From Lysobacterales bacterium (GTDB lineage: Bacteria; Pseudomonadota; Gammaproteobacteria; Xanthomonadales; SZUA-36): a stretch of 64,000 nucleotides of DNA. Of this stretch, positions 15,712 through 25,137 are shown piece after piece (position 1 is the stretch's first letter; each line of letters begins with the position of its first letter). The DNA lies in contig JAZBOL010000033.1 of the NCBI GenBank assembly GCA_036351115.1, positions 1,404-65,403 on the forward strand, read 5' to 3'. The translations under genes were made by a program, and so were the position numbers. The notes under the pieces were generated by a model. The model was not told where the DNA came from. It worked only from the letters and a program-made list of their open reading frames with translations, and ran no database searches.

Positions 15712-15740
15712 CTGACCGTCGCTGAAAGCTGGGCTATACT
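15712..15740 (+). promoter_or_regulatory. Candidate sigma70 promoter CTGACC-N17-TATACT upstream of fnr
   Basis: Pattern match only: -35 at 15712-15717 and -10 at 15735-15740. Confidence 0.3.
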
Positions 15741-15771
15741 TGCCGTTCAGTTGGGTGAAGGGTCAGTAGCT

Positions 15772-16518
15772 ATGGGAACCCCGGCTTGCGAAGCCAGCAG
15801 CGCCAGTGGCGCCCTCAAGGGGCGCAGCCAGGTCGCTTGCAGCCAGTGTTCACTCGGGCAACTCTGTCTTCCGAGAAACCTGGACGAGGAGGACATTCGC
15901 GCCTTCGAGCGTATCGTTCAGAAACTCAGGCCCCTGCAGCGGGGAGAATACGTCTTCCGGGCCGGCGAGCCGTTTCGCGCCATCGTGTCGGTCCGGTCGG
16001 GCAGCTTCAAGAGTTACGTGATCAACGAAGAGGGTGAGGAACAGGTCCTCGGGTTCCATTTGCCCGGTGAGCTGATCGGCCTTGACGCCATCCACGCGAC
16101 GACCCACACGGCGAACGTCGTGGCGCTCGACACGTCCAGCGTTTGCGCACTCAATTTCGAATCCGTTTCCGACATGGCCCGGCACCTGCCTGAGCTCCAG
16201 TCCGAGCTGTTTCGCATCATGAGCCGGCACATCGCCGAACTCGAGGCCAACGCCGCCGACCTGACCGCGGATCAGCGCATCGCCCGTTTTCTCCTGTCCC
16301 TGTCCGAGCGCTTCAGCCGGCGAGGATACTCACCCAACGAGTTCAACCTGTCCATGGCCCGGCGCGATATCGCCAGTCACCTGCGCCTGGCGACGGAAAC
16401 GGTCAGCCGCGTGCTCGCGCGCTTCCAGGATGCCGGCATGATCACGGTGAACCGCAAGAACATCGTCATCGACGACTTCGACGCCCTGCAGACCGCCGGC
16501 CACCCGCCGAGCGACTGA
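15772..16518 (+). CDS. fnr: FNR/Anr-type oxygen-sensing Crp-family transcription factor
   Basis: N-terminal Cys cluster CSQCSLGQLC plus an internal Cys (SSVCAL), a cNMP-binding-like fold, and the C-terminal HTH RRDIASHLRLATETVSRVL. The start is set at ATG 15772. Confidence 0.9.
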   Translation: MGTPACEASSASGALKGRSQVACSQCSLGQLCLPRNLDEEDIRAFERIVQKLRPLQRGEYVFRAGEPFRAIVSVRSGSFKSYVINEEGEEQVLGFHLPGELIGLDAIHATTHTANVVALDTSSVCALNFESVSDMARHLPELQSELFRIMSRHIAELEANAADLTADQRIARFLLSLSERFSRRGYSPNEFNLSMARRDIASHLRLATETVSRVLARFQDAGMITVNRKNIVIDDFDALQTAGHPPSD

Positions 16519-17691
16519 TCAATCCCGCCGCAGTTTGCGGTTCAGGGCCACCGGGGTGGGGAAGTTGAACACCACGATGGACGATGAGCCCATGATCGTG
16601 AGCACCGTGGCGACCTGGATCAGGATGATCACGTCCGCACTGAACGCGGGCACCTGCATGGCCATGAAAGTGACGAGCAGGGAAAACTCGCTCATCTGGC
16701 CGAGCCGCCAGCCCGTTTCCCAGGCCAGGTCCCGGGACTCGGCGACCTGCTGGAACGCGTAGCGATACACCAGTGGCTTCAACACCAGCATCAGGATCGC
16801 CAGCCCCGCGGCGGGGAGCAGCACACCCGGCACCACGTCGAGGTTCAGCTGGGCGCCGAGCGCGAAGAAGAACAGCACGAGGAAGAAGTCCCGGAGGGGA
16901 TGCAGGCGATTGGCGATGAATTTGGCGATGGGGCTCGTGGCGAGAATCACGCCGCCGATGAAGGCGCCCAGTTCGTAGGACAAGCCGGCGGCGTGGCCGG
17001 CCCAGGCCATTCCCAGGCACCAGGCCAGGGTGACCAGGAAGATATACTCCTGCACCTGGTCGAAGCGGCGAAAGAGCGGCAGCAACACGTGACGTTCGAC
17101 GGCATAGCCCCCCAGGGCGAGCACCGGCAATGCCAGCAGGGGCAGCAGGATGTCCGAGGTTTCCGCCCCGGCTTGCCCCATCGCCTGGAGCGTCATGATC
17201 ACGGCGATCGCCACGAGATCCTGCAGCAGAAGCACGGAGATGATGACTTCCCCCGTATGGCGGTGATGCAGAACCGTGGTCGGCAACAGTTTGATGCCGA
17301 TAATGGTGCTGGAAAACATACAGGTCGCGCCGACGAGTACGGAATCCATCCAGCTGAATCCGACCGCGAGGCCGAACAGCGCGCCCGCCACGGCGAAGAC
17401 CACCGATGTCATCAGCGTAACCAGGGCGGTCTGACGGAACAGGGAGAACAGCTTCTGGGGCGTCAGGTCCAGGCCCAGCAGGAACAGCAGGAAAATGATG
17501 CCGGCCTCGGACAGTTCTCCAATGACCCGGGTATCCGCCACCCAGCCAAGCGCCCAGGGTCCGACGGCAATACCGGCAAGGATGTAGCCGATGATGAGCG
17601 CCTGCCGCGCCCAGAGCATGAGCGTCCCCAGCAGGGCGGACCCGGCAAGAATCAGGAAAAGCACGAAAATCAGATCGGTGTCGCTGTTCAT
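16519..17691 (-). CDS. Cation:proton antiporter (CPA2/Kef-like membrane domain)
   Basis: 390 aa, multi-pass. The N-terminal GYILAGIAVGPWALG motif is typical of Na+/H+ exchanger family proteins. Confidence 0.8.
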   Translation of the reverse strand: MNSDTDLIFVLFLILAGSALLGTLMLWARQALIIGYILAGIAVGPWALGWVADTRVIGELSEAGIIFLLFLLGLDLTPQKLFSLFRQTALVTLMTSVVFAVAGALFGLAVGFSWMDSVLVGATCMFSSTIIGIKLLPTTVLHHRHTGEVIISVLLLQDLVAIAVIMTLQAMGQAGAETSDILLPLLALPVLALGGYAVERHVLLPLFRRFDQVQEYIFLVTLAWCLGMAWAGHAAGLSYELGAFIGGVILATSPIAKFIANRLHPLRDFFLVLFFFALGAQLNLDVVPGVLLPAAGLAILMLVLKPLVYRYAFQQVAESRDLAWETGWRLGQMSEFSLLVTFMAMQVPAFSADVIILIQVATVLTIMGSSSIVVFNFPTPVALNRKLRRD

Positions 17692-17754
17692 GACGCAGGA
17701 TTCAGAAGCACTGCCCTAGTGTGACAGGTTGTGAATCATCGTGGAGCGTGTCGC

Positions 17755-17946
17755 ATGGCCTGGGCCGTGGAAACCGTTGAATCGCACTGCCCCTACTGCG
17801 GGGAGCCCGTGCAGCTGATCGTGGATACGACGGCAGGCGCCCAGCAATATGTCGAGGATTGCCAGGTGTGCTGTCGCCCCATGCTGGTGGACGTGCTCGA
17901 TACGGTGCCGGCGTCCGTGCGCCTGCGTGACGAGGATGAAGCCTGA
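17755..17946 (+). CDS. CPXCG-motif cysteine-rich small protein
   Basis: HCPYCGEP...EDCQVCCRP motif pair. The start is set at ATG 17755 (MAWAVE). Confidence 0.7.
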   Translation: MAWAVETVESHCPYCGEPVQLIVDTTAGAQQYVEDCQVCCRPMLVDVLDTVPASVRLRDEDEA

Positions 17947-17965
17947 AGTCGTCCCCCTGGATTGC

Positions 17966-18331
17966 TCAGGCCAGGCGCTTGAACCGGTCCCAGAAGGTCT
18001 TGTGCACGAGATCCGTGAATTCGCCCGCGTCGAGGAAGGTGCCGTGTCCTTCGGGGCACTGCTCGTACATGATATGAGGTTGGTCCGCGTCGAACTCCTC
18101 GTTCATGAGGGATCCGCACTGGGGACACTTGATGTGGTCCACCCGATTGAAGCGTTTGCCCACCTTGGCATCTCCCGTGTCCAGCACGTAGTCGGCCATC
18201 CAGGTGTCCTGGCGCAGCTCGGCCAACTCGCCGGAGTCGAACCAGAGGCCACCGCATCCCTGGCATCGGTCCACCTTCACTTCATCGTAAACCGCCAGTT
18301 CGGTTTCACCTGCACATTTCGGACAGATCAT
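17966..18331 (-). CDS. Zinc-ribbon protein with two TFIIB-type zinc fingers
   Basis: CPKC...CQGCGGLWFDSGEL and CPQC...CPEGHGTFLDAGEF. ATG 18331 has GAGGAG 7 nt upstream. An alternative upstream ATG lies at 18370. Confidence 0.75.
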   Translation of the reverse strand: MICPKCAGETELAVYDEVKVDRCQGCGGLWFDSGELAELRQDTWMADYVLDTGDAKVGKRFNRVDHIKCPQCGSLMNEEFDADQPHIMYEQCPEGHGTFLDAGEFTDLVHKTFWDRFKRLA

Positions 18332-18667
18332 TGGTTGCTCCTCGCGTTCTGCTTTTTTCGTCGTGATCATGGGGTGACACCCTGAGTCTAGGCGCTACTT
18401 CGTCATTTGTACGCTAATCACGGACCTGAAACGCCCTGTTTTCAATATTCTTTTTAAGAAAGTTTTATAAGCTATTGTAATTACGAAAAACATGCGTTAG
18501 GGTTTGTCTCGTCTCGGCGCAATTGAACGGCTGGCCGCGAGGCCGGTGGACCGGAGGTCCCGCCACCAAAGGGAAGCGCCCGGGACCATGTCCTCGTCAG
18601 GAATCTCGTTTGGGCCGGGCGCCGCACTGCGGTAACCTTGCGCCTTTCCGACGTTCACCGAGCGCTC

Positions 18668-20053
18668 ATGCCCCCGTCCCGCTTCCTCCGCGTTCCGCAC
18701 ACCCTCGTTCTCCTGTACGCCATGATCGTGCTCGCCTGGATACTGACCCTGGTGTTGCCGGCGGGCCAGTTCGAGACCGTGCTCAACGACCACGGTCGCG
18801 AGGTGGTCGTCCCGGGGACCTACGCTCAGGTCAAGGACGCGCAAGCGCCGTCCTTCACGGCCCTGTTCACCGTCATTCCCCGCGGCCTGGCGGAAGCCCA
18901 GGGCATCATCTTCTTCGTCTTCCTTATCGGGGGTGCGCTTGCCGTGATCCGCGCGACGGGCGCGCTGGATTCGGCCCTGGCCGGCGTCCTGGACCGTTTC
19001 GGGGGCCAGCCGGCCCTGCTGATCTTCATGGGAATGCTGGCCTTCGGCGTCGGCTCTTCGACCATCGGGATGGCCGAGGAGTACATACCGCTGATCGCCA
19101 TACTCATCACGTTGTGCACCGCCATGCGCATGGATACGGTGGCAGCGCTGGGCATCATGACCGCCGGTTACGCGGTGGGCTTCGGAACGGCAGTGATCAA
19201 TCCCTTCACCGTGCTGGTCGCCCAGGAGGTGGCCGGCCTCGATCCGACGTCCGGCAGTGGTTACCGTGCTGCGCTGTTCCTGCCCTTTCTCGCCATCGCC
19301 TTCTTGCATGTCTGGCGCTACGCCAGCCGCGTGCGGCGTGATCCGGAAGCTTCCCTGGTGGCCGACATTCCGGAGGCCCAGCCGCCGGCTTCGCCCGAGT
19401 ATCAGCCGCTCACCGGTTCTCAGCGCGTGGTACTCCTGCTTGTGGTCGCGACGCTGGGTCTGCTCGTGTGGGGTATCAAGTCGCAGGGCTGGTATCTCGT
19501 CGAGCTTGGTGGCGTCTTCGTGGCGCTGGCGATCGCCGTGGGACTCATCTCCGGTCAGTCCTTCGACACGATGGCGCGCCATTTCACCGCCGGTGCGGCG
19601 GAGCTCACGGGCACGGCGCTGCTGATCGGTTTCGCCCGGGCCATCGAGCTGATGCTGAGCGACGGCGTGGTGCTGCACACCATTGTCAATGCGCTGGCGA
19701 CGCCCCTCGAGGCCGCAGGCGGCGAGGTGGCTGCCGTCGGTATGCTACTGATCCAGAGCGTGCTGAACTTCTTCATCCCCTCCGGTTCGGGGCAGGCCTA
19801 CGTGACCATGCCGCTCATGGCGCCCATCGCTGATCTCGTGGGGGTTTCCCGCCAGGTCGCGGTGCTCGCCTACCAGATGGGCGATGGATTCATGAACATC
19901 ATCGTACCGACGAACGCGGTGCTCATGGGGATGCTCGGGATTTGCGGCATTCCTTACGGTCGCTGGTTTCGCTTCGTCTGGCCGCTCATCGTCCAGTTTC
20001 TGCTGGCCGGCGCCGTGGCGATCATCATCGCCGTTTCCATCGGATACCAGTGA
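18668..20053 (+). CDS. YfcC-family (C4-dicarboxylate anaerobic carrier-like) membrane transporter
   Basis: Multi-pass protein with FIPSGSGQAYVTMPLMAPIADLVG and MGDGFMNIIVPTN, characteristic of the YfcC family. The start is set at ATG 18668. Confidence 0.8.
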   Translation: MPPSRFLRVPHTLVLLYAMIVLAWILTLVLPAGQFETVLNDHGREVVVPGTYAQVKDAQAPSFTALFTVIPRGLAEAQGIIFFVFLIGGALAVIRATGALDSALAGVLDRFGGQPALLIFMGMLAFGVGSSTIGMAEEYIPLIAILITLCTAMRMDTVAALGIMTAGYAVGFGTAVINPFTVLVAQEVAGLDPTSGSGYRAALFLPFLAIAFLHVWRYASRVRRDPEASLVADIPEAQPPASPEYQPLTGSQRVVLLLVVATLGLLVWGIKSQGWYLVELGGVFVALAIAVGLISGQSFDTMARHFTAGAAELTGTALLIGFARAIELMLSDGVVLHTIVNALATPLEAAGGEVAAVGMLLIQSVLNFFIPSGSGQAYVTMPLMAPIADLVGVSRQVAVLAYQMGDGFMNIIVPTNAVLMGMLGICGIPYGRWFRFVWPLIVQFLLAGAVAIIIAVSIGYQ

Positions 20054-22050
20054 GAGGGGCGACCGCGCTTGCCCTGGGCCTCGCGCTCACGCTCACGGGC
20101 TGCGGCCAGCAGGCGTCCGGTCCGGATTCATCTTCCCGGAACGCGCAGCAGGAGCAAACCACGACCTCGCCTTCGACGGAAAGCGCCGATTTTCCCCGGC
20201 TTGGGCGGGTCCGGCTGAGGGAGCCTGGGGACCTGGCGGCGGTGGCGCCCGGAAGCATGATGCGCATCACGGTCGCCGAACGTTCGCCGGAAACCGGACT
20301 GAGCTTTCGCCACGCCCGGGTCAGGGAATCACCGGACCTGCTACTGAACGTTCGCGGCGGGACTGGATGGGCCGATGGGGCCGGCGGCGCGCCATCGTCG
20401 ATTTCCTCCGACTCCGGGCGGGAGGGCGTCGCCGCCAGTCCGGGGCGGCTTGTCGCGCTTCTGCCGGGCCAGGGCCTCGTCGCCGAGGCGACCGTGCGGC
20501 AACGACTCGCGGCCTATCGCCTGACGGTGGCTCCGGGAGAATCACTGGAACTTCGTTTTGCCTGGGGGTCGGCGACGGCAGTCGAGGGTCAGTGGATGTC
20601 GACCCGTGGTCGGCGTGCACTCAACGGAGCACTCGAGCTGGACTCGGGACTGGCGCTTCACGCCGCCGTACGTTTCAACCACGCTCATGTTGAGCTCGCC
20701 CGGTCGCGGGATGGAGTCGTGGTGCGCTTCACGCCGCCCGACGGTGTCCTCGAGGTGCGGCTGGCCATGGCGACCACGGACCTTGCCGGGGCCCGGGGTA
20801 ATCTCGCTGATGGCGAGGGGCTGGGATACGAGGCCCTGCTGCAGGCCACGCGGGCCGACTGGAATCGCGCGCTGGGGCGCATCCGCGTCACCGCCCCGGT
20901 ATCGACGCAAGCCCGCGTGGCGACGGACTGGTACCGGGTGCTCGCCCATTACGGAAACGTCGCGGACCGGGACGGGCGGTTTCGTGCCGCGGATGGCAGT
21001 GTGCGGCAGGTTGGCGAGGGCAGGGCTTACGTGGGCAACCTGGACCTTGCCCGGGACCAATGGGCGCTGATTCCCCTGCTGGCGCTCCTTGCGCCGGAGC
21101 AGATGCACGGCTTCGCGGAATCCCTGTTGCTGCACCAGCGCGTCACGGGACGATTCCCCCATCGGACCGCCTGGGGCGCGGTGGTGAATGACGGGGCGAC
21201 AGCGCCGGACGATCCGGCAGCGGCGCCGGCCATCCTCGCGGGATGGGTAAGTCGGGGGGAATCCGATACCGAGGCCGACCGCGTTTTGCCGCCGCTGATC
21301 AAGGCGAGCCGCGAAACCGGCCTGTGGACCGGCTACCAGCCGGAGCGCGCCGGGGCCCAACCGCTGACTCGCATCCTGACCGCCAGTCGACTCGCCCAGG
21401 CTGTTGCCGTGGTGGCGGCGGCGGCCGGTGACCGGGAAACGGCCGGTGCCTATGCCGCGCGAGCCGTGTTTTACCGTCCGCACTTCGACCCGCAGTGGGC
21501 GGAGACGCTCTGGACCGCAGCGCTGTTCGATATCGATGGGCTGCTGGAGCTGATCGGCGGCCGAACCCTCTTGGCGCAACGACTCGATGCCGCCTTCACG
21601 GTCGGCGCCGGATCCGGGCGCCTGGACGCGACCGCGTCCGCCACGCAACACACCCCCTGGCTCTACGGTTTCAGCAATCGTCCGGAGCGCATGCGGCCGG
21701 TGCTGAACGAAGTCCTGGCTGCCCGGGGTGGGGTCACAGCCCAGGACGCTGCCTGGCGACTGTTCGGTGTCATGGGGCTGTACCCGGTGCTGCCGGCGGA
21801 CGGTGACTACATGCTCGCCCCGCCGGCCGTGGAACAGGTCACGCTGGCGCTCGGCGAGGAATTGCTGACGCTGACGGCCCGGCTCGATGATTCCTGGCCG
21901 GGTACGGTCTGGATGGACGGTCAGCCGCTCCCGGGCCGTCTCGTCAGTCATGGCCGCCTTGAGCGTGGCGGCAAGGTGGACTTCCGGGAGCCCGATCCAG
22001 CGCGCGGATCCGTAACGGGGGAAGGGGTCGGGAGCGAGCCCGGAGGCTGA
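20050..22050 (+). CDS. Lipoprotein with a GH92-like (alpha-mannosidase family) architecture but degenerate catalytic motifs
   Basis: GTG 20050 overlaps the yfcC stop. Lipobox LALTLTGC. Central blocks run parallel to GH92 (ARGNLADGEGLGYEALLQATRADWNRALGRIRV, LLALLAPEQ, YPVLPADGDYMLAPP), but the FSLWDTYR-, GNEPSHH- and GNDDxGQ-type motifs are not conserved. Confidence 0.55.
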   Translation: MRGATALALGLALTLTGCGQQASGPDSSSRNAQQEQTTTSPSTESADFPRLGRVRLREPGDLAAVAPGSMMRITVAERSPETGLSFRHARVRESPDLLLNVRGGTGWADGAGGAPSSISSDSGREGVAASPGRLVALLPGQGLVAEATVRQRLAAYRLTVAPGESLELRFAWGSATAVEGQWMSTRGRRALNGALELDSGLALHAAVRFNHAHVELARSRDGVVVRFTPPDGVLEVRLAMATTDLAGARGNLADGEGLGYEALLQATRADWNRALGRIRVTAPVSTQARVATDWYRVLAHYGNVADRDGRFRAADGSVRQVGEGRAYVGNLDLARDQWALIPLLALLAPEQMHGFAESLLLHQRVTGRFPHRTAWGAVVNDGATAPDDPAAAPAILAGWVSRGESDTEADRVLPPLIKASRETGLWTGYQPERAGAQPLTRILTASRLAQAVAVVAAAAGDRETAGAYAARAVFYRPHFDPQWAETLWTAALFDIDGLLELIGGRTLLAQRLDAAFTVGAGSGRLDATASATQHTPWLYGFSNRPERMRPVLNEVLAARGGVTAQDAAWRLFGVMGLYPVLPADGDYMLAPPAVEQVTLALGEELLTLTARLDDSWPGTVWMDGQPLPGRLVSHGRLERGGKVDFREPDPARGSVTGEGVGSEPGG

Positions 22051-22056
22051 AGTAAA

Positions 22057-22092
22057 CCCGCCCGGACGGGACCGGGTCCTCGTCCGGGCGGG
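22057..22092 (+). terminator. GC-rich 12-bp hairpin after the GH92-like gene (possible terminator, no U-tract)
   Basis: CCCGCCCGGACG (22057-22068) pairs with CGTCCGGGCGGG (22081-22092). Confidence 0.35.
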
Positions 22093-22282
22093 GGCCAGTC
22101 AACGGGCTTTCTGCTGGGGGAGAAAAACGCCGGACCGGAGGAATTGGCCCGGCGCTGAACCCGCTGTCCTTACTCTTAAGAACGCAGGGCGTCGAGGCGC
22201 CGTATCACCCGGTGAATTTCCCGGTCGATTCTCCACCGGGGATGCGCTTCCACGACTCGTCATACGTTACACTTCACGGAAC

Positions 22283-23347
22283 ATGACCCTCCTGATCATC
22301 TACGTCGCCGTCGCGCTCGGTTTCTCGTTCCTGTGCTCTATCGCCGAGGCCGTATTGCTCAGCGTGACCTCCGCCTACGTCGCCCTGAAAGAGGAGGAGG
22401 GGCACGCTTCGGGCGCGATTCTTCACAAGCTGAAGGACAACATCAACCAGCCCCTGTCGGCGATCCTGACCCTCAATACCATTGCCCATACCGCTGGCGC
22501 CGCCGGCGCCGGTGCGCAGGCCGCGGTGGTGTTCGGCAGTAACTACCTCGGCGTCGCCTCTGCCATCCTGACCCTGCTGATCCTGGTGTTCTCGGAAATC
22601 ATCCCGAAGACCCTCGGCGCGACCTACTGGCGCCAGCTCGCACCGGCCACGGCTTACGGATTGAAATTCCTGGTCTGGATCCTCTATCCCTTCGTCAAGA
22701 TGTCCGAGTGGTTGACCCGGGGTATGACGGAAGGACCGACCCTGAGCGGCTTCAGCCGCCAGGAATTCGCGGCCATGGCGGATCTGAGCGCGGAAGAGGG
22801 AGAATTGGGGCAACAGGAGTCCACGGTGGTGAAAAACCTGCTGGCGCTCCAGGACACGCCCGTGCATGCCGCCATGACGCCCCGGACGGTCATCTTCTCC
22901 CTGTCGGACCAGACCACGGTGGAGGAGTTTTTTCACCGCTACGAGCAGGAACCCTTCTCCCGCATTCCGATCTATGCCGGGGACGAGCCGGACAACGTCA
23001 CCGGATTCGTTCTGCGCAGTGACCTGCTGCTGGCCCAGGCCCGGGGCAACAACCGGAAGCTGTTGGAAAAATACCGGCGCGACATGCCGTCGGTGCCCGA
23101 AACGCTGACCTTGCGCCGCGCCTTCAACCGGGCCCAGAAAACCCGCGCCCACATGATGCTGGTGGTGGACGAGTACGGCGACATGCAGGGTATCCTGACC
23201 CTCGAGGACATCATCGAAACCCTGCTCGGGCTCGAAATCGTCGATGAGAGCGACTCCACCATCGACATGCAGGAACTGGCGCGGCGCAAGTGGCGGCGTC
23301 GTGCGAGAGACATGGGACTGGACCCGGAGGACCGGGAAACTCCCTGA
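22283..23347 (+). CDS. CNNM/DUF21 plus CBS-pair membrane protein (hemolysin/CorC-related family)
   Basis: N-terminal 4-TM CNNM domain (LCSIAEAVLLSV, LNTIAHTAGAAG) and a CBS pair (RIPIYAGDEPDNVTGFVL, MMLVVDEYGDMQGILTLEDIIE). Confidence 0.85.
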   Translation: MTLLIIYVAVALGFSFLCSIAEAVLLSVTSAYVALKEEEGHASGAILHKLKDNINQPLSAILTLNTIAHTAGAAGAGAQAAVVFGSNYLGVASAILTLLILVFSEIIPKTLGATYWRQLAPATAYGLKFLVWILYPFVKMSEWLTRGMTEGPTLSGFSRQEFAAMADLSAEEGELGQQESTVVKNLLALQDTPVHAAMTPRTVIFSLSDQTTVEEFFHRYEQEPFSRIPIYAGDEPDNVTGFVLRSDLLLAQARGNNRKLLEKYRRDMPSVPETLTLRRAFNRAQKTRAHMMLVVDEYGDMQGILTLEDIIETLLGLEIVDESDSTIDMQELARRKWRRRARDMGLDPEDRETP

Positions 23348-23479
23348 CGTCGTTCCTGGCTGCTCCTTGGGAGCTTTACGCGAGGTTCACGGGTGGTTGA
23401 TTGGGCGGCTCGTAAGGTTTTCCCCCGAAGACCGGTCTTCCTGTACGCCACCCCGTCAAATGCCGAGCCAGACAACACC

Positions 23480-24445
<966 letters not shown>

Positions 24446-24447
24446 TC

Positions 24448-25137
24448 ATGCGCCCGGGCAGCCGGGAATTTTACCGCTGGACCAAGCCGCCGCTCTGGCT
24501 GCTGGGGTTGGCGCCCCTGGCATGGATGGTGCTCGGCGCCTTCGGGCTGGCGGGTGTTTCCCTGGGGGCCAACCCCGTGGAGAAGCTGCTCGACGAAGCC
24601 GGACTCTGGAGCCTGCGGATCCTGCTGCTGACGCTTGCCGTGACGCCGCTGCGGGTGTTGACCGGCTGGACCTGGCTCCTGGGCTATCGGCGACTGCTTG
24701 GCCTGTTCGCGTTTTTCTACCTGTGCCTCCACCTGACCGTCTACCTCGCGCTGGATCGCGCCCTCGACCTGGGCCTGGTGCTGGAGGACGTGGTCGAGCG
24801 GCCCTTCATCACCCTGGGGGCTCTGGCGTTTCTGGCCATGGTGCCGTTGGCGGTGACGTCGACCCGGGGATGGATGCGCCGGCTCGGCAAGCGCTGGCAG
24901 AAATTGCACCGGCTGGTCTACGTGATCGCCATCCTCGGCGTCTGGCACTACTACTGGCAGGTCAAGCTCGACACGGTGGAGCCGACGATCTACGCCCTGA
25001 TCCTGGCGGTGCTGCTGGCGTTTCGCGCGCGCGAGACCTGGCTCCGGCGACGCCGGCAGCGGGAACGCCTGGCACGCAAGGCACAGGCACGCAAGGCCGC
25101 GGCCTACTCGGCGACGGAGACCGCCAGTTCCAGCTGA
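24448..25137 (+). CDS. msrQ: Protein-methionine-sulfoxide reductase heme-binding subunit
   Basis: It starts 3 nt after msrP. Ferric-reductase-like TM protein (LRILLLTLAVTPLR, LHRLVYVIAILGVWHYYW) with a basic ~30-aa C-terminal tail. Confidence 0.9.
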   Translation: MRPGSREFYRWTKPPLWLLGLAPLAWMVLGAFGLAGVSLGANPVEKLLDEAGLWSLRILLLTLAVTPLRVLTGWTWLLGYRRLLGLFAFFYLCLHLTVYLALDRALDLGLVLEDVVERPFITLGALAFLAMVPLAVTSTRGWMRRLGKRWQKLHRLVYVIAILGVWHYYWQVKLDTVEPTIYALILAVLLAFRARETWLRRRRQRERLARKAQARKAAAYSATETASSS

